In this document: positions 12,292 through 26,987 of the stretch, piece by piece
Layout of the letters: each line of letters starts with the position of its first letter
Numbering within the stretch: the stretch's first letter is position 1
Assembly (NCBI RefSeq): GCF_000281045.1
Contig: NW_008246068.1
Span: 808,371 to 872,370, forward strand
Length of the DNA stretch: 64,000 nt
From: Saprolegnia diclina VS20
Lineage: Eukaryota
Direction: 5' to 3'
The notes under the pieces: model-generated
Told to the model about the DNA's origin: nothing
The model's input: only the letters and a program-made list of their open reading frames with translations
The model's database searches: none
Translations under genes and position numbers: made by a program

Positions 12292-12463
12292 TAGGGGTAG
12301 GGCATGTAAGTGTCGAGGGGGCGACGCTACGCGAATACTAGCCTGCACCGCTATGCTAGACATTCCTTTGATCCAACGACAATGGTATTGTTCTATCGAG
12401 TATCGTAGTATTTGAAATGTACAATAGCTTACACAGACGACTGGACCAGAACGACGTTCTTGT

Positions 12464-14687
12464 CTACAAAAGCGAGGTTGTCGATGGCCGCGGGGCGGGT
12501 CGTCGAGGATGGGGGCCGATGTGGGGGTGCTGGTGGTTGTTGCGCTCTGGCTCCAAGACGTACGCTGTCGTGTGCGTCACATCGTACGGCTCGCCGGGCC
12601 CGAGGATGCCGTCGTCGACGAACTCGTGGCTCGACGCGCGCCCAAACGTAGTACGGAACGGGCCCCCCACCCACTTGAGTTTGCTTTTCTGCATATGACA
12701 ATAAGAACTTAGTGTATCCACGATCGAACGCACCTCGTCGTCAATGACTTGCTGCTCGTACGAGCCGCGGTACGGTCCGTCGTTGACCACCGAGTAGAAG
12801 CCGCCTTGGGTTGCATCGCGAAGCCGCAATTTTTCAAACTTGGCGTGGGCGCAGTATGGTTTTTTGGCTTCTTGATCGACGAGCCGACGCACCGGCAGCG
12901 TGAACGTGGGGGCTTGCGTCGCACCGGTTTTGGGGGGTGACTAGTCATTAACAAAAACAAGAATTGACGACAAACACAAGAGATGTATGTACGCACTTGG
13001 TTGGACGGTCGTTGCGGCGCCGCATGGGTGTGGGATAGCGCCGAGCGCAGACGTCGAGCGTAAACAGGTCTACGCAGGGCGAAGGTTTGCAGAAGCCCTG
13101 CACCGTGAGACGCACGGTTGAGTCGTCGGGGCCGCCGAGCGTGGCCGTAGCTTGGCCGTCGAGACAGCCACGGACTTGCATTTCTTGGGCGACGTACGAC
13201 CTTTTGCGGTCTGATCCAGACTCATGGCAGGCAGCACTACACGTCGGTACATGTATGCTCCACACGGTGTCGAAGCGCGTACCGCTCGTGCTCTTGAACG
13301 GGCCCGTGGGCATGTTGGCGTCGGTCGGTACAGCGCCTGTGATCGATGCGACATACGTGCGGTCCACATGTTCGTGGACGCGGATCATGTCGAACTTTGC
13401 TTTGACATAATTCGCCAAAATCGTGCTACACATCGAGATACGCGATATACAAAACTGTAAAATGTCGTACCACGTAGCAGGGTACGCTTTGGCGACTGTA
13501 AAGTGAGCGCAGAGCGCATTGCCAAACTCGATGAGGAGTGGGCCCCGCTGGCTGTCGAGAAACACCTTGTAGCTAAGGAGATCGCATGTCAACTCCGACC
13601 AGACACTTGTTGATGGACCGGTTGCCGCTGGTGTGCGTGATTGTCTCATCGAGATCCCACTTGCTCGGACAATTGACGACGAATTGCGCCAGCTCGAGAC
13701 CCTGGAGGTACACGTGGGCGCGCTGTTCGATGCGGCCGCAGCATTGCACGTCGGCGAGTTTCGAGACCAGCGCCTACATCGCAAGTTGATAAGACAACTT
13801 GTGTGCTCTCCACGAAAAAGAGAAGCGTGTCGTACAGAGCTTGCATGGTTGTTGGGCTTGCGGGTGCCCGCACGGGCAGAGCTCGGCCGCGCGCCGTACG
13901 GGCGGTCCCGATCGCTCGTGTGCATGACAAGCCCCGTGTTGCCTGTTCATATTCCATTCCGAGAGCTCTAAGCTTGTTCAACCGTACCCTTGGGCTCCCA
14001 CGTATTGTGACGGACGTTGTAGCTAAAGTAATCGCCCGTCTCGCTGTCGAGCAGCACAATGTGCGAGTTGATGTCTACCCCATGCACTCAATTGTCTAAA
14101 GTGTAGAGAGATCAATGTTTGGTACCGTTTTTGGGGGGCGGCGCGCTCGGCACGGCCCGGAGGGGGCAGCCGCGGCCGTGTCCGTTCACCGCTTGCAAGA
14201 GCTCGCCGCCCGTCGAGCAAAGGTACGCGAGGATCGCGGCGCTAAAGCCCGCACCAAAGAAGCACTTGCCCGTCATCATGCACATCTTGAGCAGCGTGCA
14301 GAGCTACTCCCACCAGAGGTTAGTGTTCAATATTGTCCTAAAATTCGATCGCCAACTACCTTGCGCAACGGCGGGGCCCACGGCGGCATGGTCACGTCGC
14401 CATCAACAAACACAAAGTCGAGCTGGTCAAAGCGTGTGATGGATTCCGGATCCGCAGTCACCGAGTGCACTTCGTAAACGAACGCATCGAGCTCACTCCG
14501 GTGTCTCTCCTAGCTCACACACGTCTTATTGACTAAGAAATCCAAGCACACGTACGAGAATGAGCGGCGCGATCACGTCGTGCACGTGCAGTGTGGTCAA
14601 CGCCGCCTCGACGGCCGCTTTGAACTGGACGTACTTGGCGGGCGGGTCGTCTCGGGATGCGTATCCGTTCACGAGCAGCACCCGCAT
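12464..14687 (-). CDS. Hypothetical multi-exon protein; N-terminus weakly resembles class I glutamine amidotransferase-like folds
   Basis: ATG at 14687 gives MRVLLVNGYASRDDPPAKYVQFKAAV..., then spliced exons ...LDFVFVDGDVTMPPWAPP... and ...KCFFGAGFSAAILAYLC.... Downstream ORF pieces continue to the stop at 12464. Could be two genes. Confidence 0.5.
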
Positions 14688-14745
14688 CGAGGCTCGATTA
14701 GACTATAATTAGCAAGAAATAATGTTTCCCTTGATTATTCGCATA

Positions 14746-16563
14746 ATGGCGGCGTACCCGTCGTGGCCCGAGGACCTCTTTGGTACGCCCGTCGATTGCA
14801 CTGCGCCGCTGCAAAGCGTCGGCAAGCAGCGACCGCCGCCGCCAACGCTCCGGCCTGTCGTGCAAGACGTTGGCGACCAGCGCCGGCTATGGCAAGGGCA
14901 GCCGCACCTGAGCGACAGCCAGCGCGAAATTCTGGTACGATGGACAATACGACAATGTGTGCATCTGTGCACCATGCGTAGACGCAACCGCGCACCTGCG
15001 CATTTCAAATCGTGTGCAAGCAAGCCAAGGCGACGCGCAAGTGCTACCACTGCACCAAGTCGACTTGATGTTTATCGTAATGGCTTAAACGATCCCGACT
15101 AGGTTTGACCCGACCAAGACCGGGCTCTACTGCGATGCGTGCTTTGACGCCCGTCACCCGCCCGTGCGCATGGACCATTCGTGGAGCCTGCTTGACGACG
15201 ATGGTATCTCAGTGATCCGCGAGCAAGAGACATATGACGCTGTAGAGCTAGACGAAGAGAAGCAGTGGCTGGCCCACCTCGCGCGGTACAATACCTTGGA
15301 TGAAACCTGCCATATGCAAATCGTAGGCACAAGATGGCACAGGACTACAAGGAGCTCGAGCTGCTGCTTGGCCACACCACGTCCTTCCTCGCATCGTCGA
15401 CGCAACAAACCCGCAACAACAACCGCGACGAACACGTCGAGAGAGCGTTCAAGGACATGAAGGCGATCGACCACAACATTCGGTACAGCTATACCAAAGG
15501 CGACGCCGAGCCAGCTACTATATTAGGGAACTCATGCACGATGTGGAGACGCAGCTCCGCGTGCGCAACTTGCCACAAGCCATCGCTGTGCGCAAAATCC
15601 AGGATATGTGGAAGGTCCGGAAGGCGCGGAACCGCCTCAAGCTCATGATCCAAAGCATCTACGCCGAGATGGTCGACCCCAGTTCCGGACAAGTGTACGC
15701 CAACGCTACGATCCCACTACGTTCTTATGAACCGTAGATACTACCTCAACAAGCGCACCCACCAAGTCCGGTGGGATAAGCCCAAAGCGCTGCAAAGCAC
15801 GAGTGTTCCCAAGCGCAAGCGAAGGCTATGCGAGGCCGACGCCGCTCTGTACATTCAGCGCGCGTTTCGATCGATGCGCGCTCGAAAGGCCGTGCGGCGG
15901 CTCTTGCGCCGCGTCTACGTCAAGCTCCAAGACCCGGCGACCGGTACAGTTCCTTTGTGTCTCATGGTGTGGCAACATGACACAGGCATCTTTTACTACT
16001 ACAACAAGCACACCAAGACAACGTCGTGGACGAAACCTAAGCTCTTGGGCAGTGAAGAGTACGACGCGCCGCGCCGCCGGCCCTTGACGCCAAATGAAGC
16101 TGCCGCTATGATTCAGCGCATGCTGCGGTGCGCGGTCGCTCGGCGCCACCTGCGACGGCTCCTCTCGCGCGTCTACCAAAAGATTTACGAGCCAAGTCTC
16201 GGACGACACTACTACTTCAACGTCAAGACCAAGCTCGTCACGTGGACAAAGCCGCGGTGCATCGACGACGCCGAGCTCCTCACGCCCCGGTCGTTTGCGC
16301 AGCTCGCGGCCGACGAAGACGCGGCGGCGCGCCTCCAGCGACTGACGCGCATACGGGCCTTCTCGCTCGAGGATGCGGCGTCGTACGTGCAACGCCGGAT
16401 TCGGGTCCACCAAGCACGTGCCCGCCTGCGCAAGATGGCTCAAGACGCCTACGTTGCCATTTTCGATCCGACTTCGGGCGGCTACTTCTACCACAATACG
16501 AGGACTGGCGTCGTCTCGTGGAGCCGCCCAGCCATTCTCGGCAGAGACCCTGGTCCTTTTTAA
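14746..16563 (+). CDS. B-box-like zinc finger + alternating IQ-like/WW-like repeat protein (multi-exon)
   Basis: CKQ..CYHC..YCDACFDARH..H zinc-finger pattern. Repeats of AAxxIQRxxRxxxARxxL followed by YxKxxDPxxGxxYYxNxxTxxxxWxKP. Confidence 0.78.
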
Positions 16564-16666
16564 ACTAAACGTATTGTTCAGTTCTACTTGGATGTTTAGT
16601 TTGTCTCTAGTCGCAAGGACATGACGAACCGACTTCCATTTCCGAATTTGCGCAGGTTGCAGTTGA

Positions 16667-18270
<1,604 letters not shown>

Positions 18271-18710
18271 GCGTCGTCTCTGTGCGAGAAGACAACTTGG
18301 TGCGTTTTCGTTTGGCCAACCTTTTAGTCGTCACTCACGGTGCAACTGCAAAGACGTTGATCTGCGCTGCCTGCGGTGGCGGTGCTAGTATAGTCCTTGC
18401 GAACTAAATACGAGCATACCAAGCCAAATAATAATCTCGCAGTCTACGCGTCATCACACATTACATCCCTTATTTAAACTACTATAGTAGGTCTAGTAGG
18501 TATTATTTGCGTGTACCCAACTACGTACTAGGCGGTTCTGGCTACATGTGAAGCCCTAATCTCCATTGCGCTGTCGCGTGTTGTCGCAGGACGAGGAAGG
18601 TCGAGTTGTTCGTTGCTCACTCGTCAGCCCCCGTGCCTGCAGTGCTCGAATCTCAACGTCAAAAAGTCGGCGCACCAGGGACCAAAGTCGACACGAATAA
18701 AACGTAAGAG

Positions 18711-20801
18711 TTAGTTGTACTTGGCGATCGCGTCGAGGAGCTCGGCCGACTCTTGCACATAGTTGAGCGGCTCGAGGTTGACAATCTGCGACTTGACGCG
18801 GAGGTCGTCCATGTGCGGCTCGGCCTTGCAGCGCACGCGGAAGAGGTACGTCTTGAAGAGCGCAGCCTTGAAGTGAGCTTCGTACAAGCTCACGTTGGCG
18901 TCCTTGAGCTCAAAGAGCTCGTCGGCCGTCTTGCCCTGCATGATGATCTTGCCCTGGTCGTTGAACGCCGACGCCCACGTGCTACCGGCGCAGTCTTGGA
19001 GCACAAGCGAGAGAATGTACCGGTTCTCGCAAGTCGGCAGCGACGCCTGGCACTTTTCGCAGCTGTAGTTGCCCGCCGCGTCTTGGACGACCTTCTTCTG
19101 GCACTTGGGACACGCTTGGTAGCTCACATTCGCATCGTGCTTGATGTAGCTCACGGCGCCCTTGAGCGTAATGTAGTCGGGCTTTTGGCCGTACCCGAGG
19201 CGGCGGTCCTTGATGTCCGTCACCACCGAGCGCTGGTCAAACGTGCCCATGCCCGCGCTGACGCCGCCGCCACCGACGCTGAGCGACTTGGTCGCAGTCG
19301 ACGCGCCGCCGCCACGGTACCAGTTGAGAAGGCGCGCCGACTCGGGCAGCGGCGGGTTGAGCACAAAGCCCGTGCTGCTAAAGGTGCCAATCGACCGGCC
19401 GTTGAACTCGGAGACGCGGCAGCCCTTGATCGCGAGCACTTGGTCGACCCACGTGTCGCAGGTCGGGTCCTGCGCGCGCTCGTTCCAGAGCGTCACCTTG
19501 ATCTCAGCGAGCGTGTCGTCGACCATGGTAAAGTCGCGCTTCTGCAGCTGCTTGCCCGCCTTGGACGTGAGCTCTGCGCACGGTGCCACGCTCTTGACGA
19601 TGCCAATCATATCGATCGTCGACTCGGGCGGGACCGACTCGATCGACGTAATCTAAGGCTCAAAACGTGAGCTTCTTCGAGAAACGTCGCTCGTCTCTAC
19701 CGGCTTGAAGTTGTACTGCACTGACTGGATCGCATGGTCTTCGCCGGCAGGGACAATGTCCGAGGACGCATCGAACGTCACTTCGTAGTCGTTGTTGATG
19801 GCCGAGTACTTGCGGTTGGCCATCTTGATCTTGCCGCCCGAGAAGAAAAAGACGCCGTTGGGCACGAGCCGGTCGTAGAACGCGTCGACTGCGTCGTTGA
19901 AGAGCGTCGCGCGGATCTCGCCGCCCTTGGCATCGAGCAAATCGAAGCTGCAGAGCTTGCCCTGGCCGCGCGCGTTGGTCCAGTTCTTGATGGGCGCCCG
20001 CGCCGTGACGCGCGCCTTGATCGTCCACCGACCGCCCGAGTACGGGTTCAGCGACGCAATGTCTGAGATGCGCATGTTGGGGTCCTCGCGCACAACCGGC
20101 GCCTTGTTCACGGCCGGCGCCGCGTACGGGTTGCGCGTCATCGTCGGTGCCGGCGCCGCTTGCGGCAAGTACGACGGCTGCTGCACCGCCGCGGGCGCTT
20201 GGTACGTCGGTGCAGCATACGTCGGTGCCGCCGGCGCCGCATACGTGGGTGCAGCATACGTCGGCGCAGCATACGTCGGTGCCGCCGGCGCCGCATACGT
20301 GGGTGCAGCATACGTCGGCGCAGCATACGTCGGTGCCGGGACCGGAGCCGCGCCCGCCTTCTCGATGCTTTCGGGCGAGCCAATACGCTCGTAGCCGGGC
20401 TGCACCTCGCCAAGGCCAAGCAAAATCAGAATCCTACGCAGCGGCATGAGCACCATGTGGATTGTGGGGCGTCCACGCACTTGCGGCCTTGGACCGTGTT
20501 GCCGACGTAGTCCTTGAGCTTGACGAAGCAGTTGATGCTCAGCGTGCCATCTTCAGTCACCTAATGCATGCGCCATGAGCTGCATGGCCAGAGGCGGCGC
20601 GGCTACCATCGAAAGCTGCGACGAGAGCATCCCGCTCATGTAGAACTGGCCGTCCGAGAGCACGAGGCGGTAGCGGTCGCCGCCCTTGCCCGAGGCCGAC
20701 GGGATCTTCTTGATGTCGATGAGCTGGAGCCACGGCTCAAAGCCATCCGGGCTCTGCCGCGTGTGGAGCATCTGGACCGCGTTGGGCGTGAGGGCCACCA
20801 T
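18711..20801 (-). CDS. RPA1: Replication protein A 70 kDa subunit
   Basis: N-terminal OB fold (RYRLVLSDG), DBD-A (LNPY..WTIKARVT..WTNARGQGKL), DBD-B (KRDFTMVD..TLW) and DBD-C with a C4 finger (YQACPKC..CEKC). Multi-exon. Confidence 0.95.
20197..20335 (-). repeat. Coding tandem repeat encoding (PTYAA)n in the RPA1 linker
   Basis: 15-nt units arranged in a 54-nt higher-order duplication: PTYAAPTYAAPTYAAPAA twice, followed by PTYAAPTYQ. Confidence 0.9.
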
Positions 20802-21304
20802 CTTCGCAGCTCTGTCTTCTGGGGCCAAACGGGAAATGGCCATCCGGTTAACAAAACCGGCCAAACCGTTCGCGCCAAAATTAGCCGGCCGCCCGAGCGC
20901 GGCATGTGCCTCCTTTAGCAATGCCCACACGCTCTCACGCGCGCGCGTCTCTGGGGACATCATCGCACTCGCAAGGACGCATGCGCTTCTGTCTATCTGC
21001 CCACGGACACAATACAGCATCTGGGCAGTCCAAGCAACGATTCCTTTGCCAGGCGCTGGCAAGATGGCATATGCCGAATTTAAGCACTTGCCCGTTGCCG
21101 CCCATTCGCACAAAGTGCGCTCGTTCTTACGCGAATAGAAAGGCCAAGGAGCGTCGCACTTGATCGGAACGGCGCACTTGGTGAAACGTGCTGCCACGTC
21201 AGTTACGGACAGGCGGTATGCCGCGTCCGCGCGCTGAGTACGTGCCTCCGTTCGAGCGCTCCAAGCTGTGGATATGGAGCACCGACACATCCCGTATTGG
21301 TATT

Positions 21305-24300
21305 ATGGCTCCGCAACGACCCCAACGACCCCAAACCGCCCGGCCCAGCCGCAGCAACGAGTCGACGACCCCATGTCGCCCGCAGACGGCACGGCGGACG
21401 CGTGCCCCGAGCAGCCCCAAGCTTGGTCGACCACAGACGGCGCGGCGCTGCCGTGAAAACGGTATGCTGAATAGCACGAGGACGACCCAGCAAAGTACGG
21501 GGCAGGCCGCATCGGCTGCACCACCGCGAGGCAAGGGCCCAACAGGAGAAAGCAAGCAAGGCTCTTTAGCGGAGGCCAACAACGAAGATACCCCGCCCGT
21601 AGTCGTACCGACATCCGTGGAGCCCGTGGCGCTTCCGTATGACATTGCAGTCGCGCCCGAGATGACGGTACAAGTGTCCATGGAGCTGCCGACCTCCGAG
21701 CCGATGGTTGCAACGTGTGCTATGCCCGAGCTCTCGCAGCCAGAGTTGCCGCCCACGCTGCACAATGTTCCGCCCGACAAGCCACCGGAGCCGCGACGTC
21801 TCTCGGCTGCCGAGCAGGAAGCGTGGACGTTCTACTCGATCTGCCGCGCGAGCGAAGCGTCGGCAACAGCGCGTGCCCATCAGTCGCAGCGGGCGTACCT
21901 CAAGCGGTGTTCACAGGTGCTTACGGTACCCAAGCCATTGTCGCTCGCTGAGGATTTGGATCTGACGGACCGCTGCCACGGCTATGCGAATGCCTCTGCT
22001 CTCGCGAGTCGACTGGCCAACGGATCGGAGGTCTCCCGCCTCGCACTTTCCAAGAACGGTCTGCGCAGCGATGCGGTCCGTGATCTCATGACAGTGCTTC
22101 CGACAACGGCGATATCGAGTCTCGATCTGAGCGAAAATGCCATCGGGCCCGTTGGGATTCAAGCAATCGCGACGGAGCTCACGTCCAACGTGTCCAAGCT
22201 CGTGCACCTCAACCTCGCGGGCAACCACTTGATGGACCGCCATGTCCTGCCCCTCGTCTCAAAACTGGATGAAACCTGTCTTATGTCGCTCGACTTGAGC
22301 TACAACAAGCTGGGGCACGGCGCAATCGTCCCGCTCGGCCGCACGCTCATGCGCACACGGGTGTTAAAGCGCCTCAACTTGCGCTGGAACAACGTGCACG
22401 GTCTTGGCCTCGACAGTCTCGCCGACGGGTTGAAGAGGAACCTGGGGCTCGCGGACTTGGACTTGAGCTGGAACCCACTGGGGTCGGCGGGCGAGGCCTC
22501 GCGGCTCCAAGCCCTCGCCAACTTTAGCTTGATGCTGCGTCGCAACACGGACTTGCACCACTTGGTGCTCGAAGCCAACCACTTTAGCGTCGAGGACCTC
22601 AAGCTCCTCGAGTCGGGCCTTCGACACAATTACACGGTGATTCTGCATCTGCAGTCGGACGTGGCGGTGGTCAACGCCCAGCAGCACCTTCGGTTCGACC
22701 ATTTCACGCGCGATGTTGGTGCCAATGTGACCTTGGACAAGGCGACCAACGACATCAACTGCTGGCTCTGCAGTGGCTGGTACGACCACGTTTTCCGAAC
22801 GAGTCTTACATCACGTTACTAGGCGGGAGCATACGTTTACGTGGCGGCCGCTCAATGCACCCAGTGTCGAGGCCGCGTCGCTGTGCCTGTCGATCGACCA
22901 GTTTCAAGGTAGCCTTCGTACCAGACGCGTCTGGTCGGTAATGTGGTGACGTAGGCGACGCGATGAGCAGGGTTGATACGGATCAGAGTTTTGTACGGCA
23001 TCGAATGGTACCACCGACACCGATCGAGTACTACTTTACACGCCCTACGACGTCGGTGACGACCCCAAAGGTGACGTTGCACTCGGGTGCGGCCAGCCTG
23101 ACGCAGTCGGCGTATCCGCGCTGGAACCCGATCGAGCACGACCCGACGGCGCTCGTCTCGGCGTGGTCGATGCACCAATCGCTCTTCCTCGCCCGGCAGT
23201 CCGACTACCCGTCGAGCGCTATGTTTGACACCGACAGCGTCCTCGCCCGCGCCGTCGCATGCGATTGGGACCGGTCCCGCATCGGCCGCGTGGTCAAGCG
23301 GGAGAAGCAGCAGCTGCAGTTGCGAGCGCTGGCGACGGCCCACTACCGAGAGATTATTGAGATCTACCACTTTTACGCGGCCCAGACGCTGCCGCGCAGC
23401 CTCTCCGAGACGATTCACGGCTTTTCGCTGCACCAGCGCGCGTTCATTCAATTTTGCACGGTTGAGATTGCCTTTTTCTGCAAGTGCAATCTGAGAATCT
23501 GAGTTCTGAGGCTGGGTTGTAGGACTGCCAGGTGTACGATGCGGCCTTTTGTAAGCCCGTCGACGTCGACCGTGTCTTTTACGAGGTCAACGCGCACCTC
23601 TCGGAGCTCGGGTTCGTCGCAACGGGCGTGACCAAGGGCCTCGCCCGCTACGAATTCTTGGAGGCACTCGTGCGCATTGCGCGGCTGCGGTTTGGCCATG
23701 TGCCTGGCCGCCACAAACAAGCTGTCGGCCTTGACATTGGCGAGTCGTTCCAAGCACTGCTGATCCATCACATACTGCCGTTTGCACAGCGATCGCCCGG
23801 CGACAGCTTTCGGGCCAAGATGCTGTATACAAAAGCCACAGAAGACGTCCTCGAGTGTTACCTTCCGACGCTCCGCGCTGTCTTTGACGCATACGCGACG
23901 CCCCGCTCGCTGCCACTCCTCAAGCACCACCACGCAGCGACAAAGACCAAGCCGTTTCTCGACTTTGCGCGGGCCATCGATCTTATGCGCGACGGCGGCC
24001 TCTTGCCGGAGAAGCCTTCGAAAGACGCACTCCGCACCGCCCAGCGCCTCTACCTCTCGAGCCAGCTCGCCGTGCCCGAGGACTGCACAGTGGTCTGCGC
24101 AGCGTGGCTCACTTTTTACGGGTTTCTCGAGTTTCTCGTGCGGCTCTCGCAGTCACGCACACCGCGGGCGACCGACGCACTTGCGTCGCTGCTCGCGACC
24201 TTGTTTGCCAATCTTCGGGGCACCAACCCGGCGCTGGCACCACGCTTGCGCGGCGTCGTTCGGTTTCTGGAGGCGTCGGATCCGGTGCGGCCCGAGTCGC

Positions 24301-24386
24301 TGCACGCGCGACTCGCTCGCATCTGGGCGGCCCGACGCAGTGCGACGTATATGGCCGAGAGCATTCAAACAAAGGATCTTAGATAA
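21305..24386 (+). CDS. Leucine-rich repeat (RNI-like) protein with an uncharacterised helical C-terminal region (multi-exon)
   Basis: LRRs LDLSENAIG, LNLAGNHL, LDLSYNKLG, LNLRWNNV, LDLSWNPLG. N-terminal RPQTAR repeats. C-terminal exons contain GLARYEFLEALVRIA and LTFYGFLEFLVRL. Confidence 0.75.
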
Positions 24387-24417
24387 CGTTTGTTAAAAAC
24401 TCATTAGTGCGTGGGGA

Positions 24418-25242
24418 TTACATGCACACGACAGCACTCAACGGCGTGAGCGAGTCTTCATCGATCGGGCTCTCATCCCCGTAGCCGACCGGGAGACTCA
24501 TCGGCTGCGGCGGCGTGTTGGGCGACGCGGCCATGGCCGCGGATTCGTTCTTCTTGCGCGCCACGAGGACGCCGCCGACAACCGCAAGCGCGGCGGCGCA
24601 GCAGCCGACCGCGAGAGCCATCGTGGCCGTCGTGCTCGCCGCACCGTCGTTCGCATTGGTGGCACCGGCCTTGCTGTTGTCGGTCATGGCTTGGCTTTGG
24701 ACGCGCGTGCCGTTGAGGGGCAGCGCAGCGTCGGTCGTTGGCTCGGGCGTCGCATCCGACGGCGCGGGCGTGGTCGCATCCGTGGGTGCGGGCGTGGCGG
24801 CATCCTTGGGTGCGGGCGTGGCGGCATCCTTGGGTGCGGGCGTGGTGGCATCCGATGGCGCAGACGTGGCGACATCCGTGGGTGCGGACGTCGTGATGGC
24901 GTTTTGGGTAGCAGGAGCGGCCGTCAGGACCTCCGACGGCGTCGACGGCACCGACGGGTGGCCGAGCGACGCGGCGAGCGCATCGCACGTGTCGACCGGG
25001 GACCGCAGCGGCATGCAGCCCATGACGACGGTCGTTCGCTCCGGCAGCTGCACGCAGCACGAGCCGTAATGCAGGAATTCCTGCGGGCCGGGGCACATGC
25101 CGACGCGGGTCGGGTCGCTGCCCGAGCACGGGGACGTGCCGTGGACTGTAAAGACACGGTCGACGCCGTTGACGCTGACAGTGACGTCCGAGGCGGCGGC
25201 GAGCGCGGCGAGCGCGAGGAAGGCAAGGGCGGTGGACTTCAT
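24418..25242 (-). CDS. Type I membrane mucin-like protein with a Cys-rich N-terminal domain
   Basis: Signal peptide MKSTALAFLALAALAAA, Cys-rich module (CSG..CPG..CC..GC..C), (AP-x-DA-x-T)n stalk, TM helix followed by RKK. Confidence 0.85.
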   Translation of the reverse strand: MKSTALAFLALAALAAASDVTVSVNGVDRVFTVHGTSPCSGSDPTRVGMCPGPQEFLHYGSCCVQLPERTTVVMGCMPLRSPVDTCDALAASLGHPSVPSTPSEVLTAAPATQNAITTSAPTDVATSAPSDATTPAPKDAATPAPKDAATPAPTDATTPAPSDATPEPTTDAALPLNGTRVQSQAMTDNSKAGATNANDGAASTTATMALAVGCCAAALAVVGGVLVARKKNESAAMAASPNTPPQPMSLPVGYGDESPIDEDSLTPLSAVVCM

Positions 25243-26340
25243 TTGTTAGTCGTAAGTACTAGTACGGGTGTACGTAGTCAGGCGTGAATTCTCAACTGAG
25301 CGCCTGTTACTGCTCCGGCGCGGCCCATTACAGCCGCGAATCTGCATAGTCTCTACCCCAGTTGGCCAGCGGGCGTTTTGCGTCTACACGGTATTAAATG
25401 CAAACGGTCGCATACAAATTATTAGATGCAATAAAACGTTTGAAATAAAATACGACCCGCTCTTCGTGATACACAAGTCCAATCTCTTGGCGGCAACGTT
25501 GCGGCCGGCCCGACGGACGCTGCTCCTCCGCTGATACTCCTACTCCTACTGCTCCTACTACTCCTACGTGTACTCCCACTCGATCAACGACCGCGACGGC
25601 TATAGCGACGCCGTTAAAAAGACTGCTTACACCCAACCGCGGAAGAAACCAGCGCCGACCAAATGGCAAGCGGCTCCAGAGCACAGAGTCGGTGGAAAGC
25701 GCTTGTTGTCGCGCGTCAGTGTATATCGAATGCACTTTGGCGTCCCTTTATTTGGTCGGGTCGTCAAGACTGGTTGACCTATCGCTCGGGAGGAGCGATA
25801 TATACATGATTCTCAAATGCGTTGGGACAGCTCGATTGGGATGCAACCTAGATTTCGTTGGCTCGTCGTCAGGGACGTCTGCAAGCGGCTGACGGTGCGT
25901 GCGGTGGCGCGTCAAGGCGAGGTGCCTCCCTTTTCGTTTGAAACGTGCGGCGTAGAGGTCGTCTCGGTGGCTCTTGCGGCTAAAACAGCACGGTCAACAA
26001 CGAGCGTGGCCACCTGGCTTGGGCGATTGACACACATTGGCCGCCACAACAAAAGCCACCGTTGGGCGTAGCAGCGGAGGCAGAATACCTGTGTCTAATG
26101 TATCACCAAAGCTTCAACTTGCTCGACCTTCGTGACGCAGCTCTTTACGGTCGCTGTGTACAAGTTTCTGGCGGTGAGTGTCTGCAACGATGGACGCTGC
26201 GGTCGCTCCGAGATCGTGTGCTAACGGTGCTGCCAGCTGCTGCTGCCACGTTCTTGTCCAATGTGTGTGCGTGGCAGCATCGAAATCAGGATCGAAATTC
26301 GGACTTTTCGGCGAAATTCGGACGGATCCGAAAGCTAGCG

Positions 26341-26981
26341 ATGGCCTACTTGCTGGAAGCGCTTCCGACCAAGGCCGCGATCGACGATGCGATCCGCGGG
26401 ACCAAGGACAAGGTGCTGGTCCTGCGCTTCGGTCGCAGCAGCGACGCCGTCTGCCTCCAGATGGACGACATTGTGCGTCATCTCTACGCGATGAAATGGG
26501 CTCACCTGCCATGGCGTAGCTCGCCCGCTGCGAGGTCGAGCTCTCCAAGATGGCGCAAGTGTACACGGTCGACACGGACGTGCAGGACGTCGAGGTCTAC
26601 TGCCAGTACTTTGACTTGAGCTTGATTCCGTCGACCATCTTCTTCTTCAACGGCCAGCACATGAAGGTCGACTTTGGGTACGTCGTCGTCGCCGCTTGCA
26701 ACTACACCATCGTCATGCGTAGCACGCCCGACCATACCAAGTTTGTCGGCGCCTTTTATACCAAGCAAGACTGTATCGACTTGGTCGAGGTAACAACTTG
26801 TTGCCTTCCTTCCTGCAAGTCTTCCTTCCCAGGTCATTTTCCGTGGCGCGATGCATGGCAAGTACATTGTGATCTCGCCGATCCCGCACGAGCGCATTCC
26901 ACAGTACACTACGATCATTCTGTCGATCGAAAATGGTCAACTTGTCATCGTAGGTACGAGCTCTTGTACAAAGATTTCTAA
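26341..26981 (+). CDS. TXNL4B: Thioredoxin-like protein 4B (Dim2), Dim1 spliceosomal family
   Basis: Spliced product [69 protein letters not shown] matches the Dim2 pattern. Four introns. Confidence 0.92.
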
Positions 26982-26987
26982 AACTCT

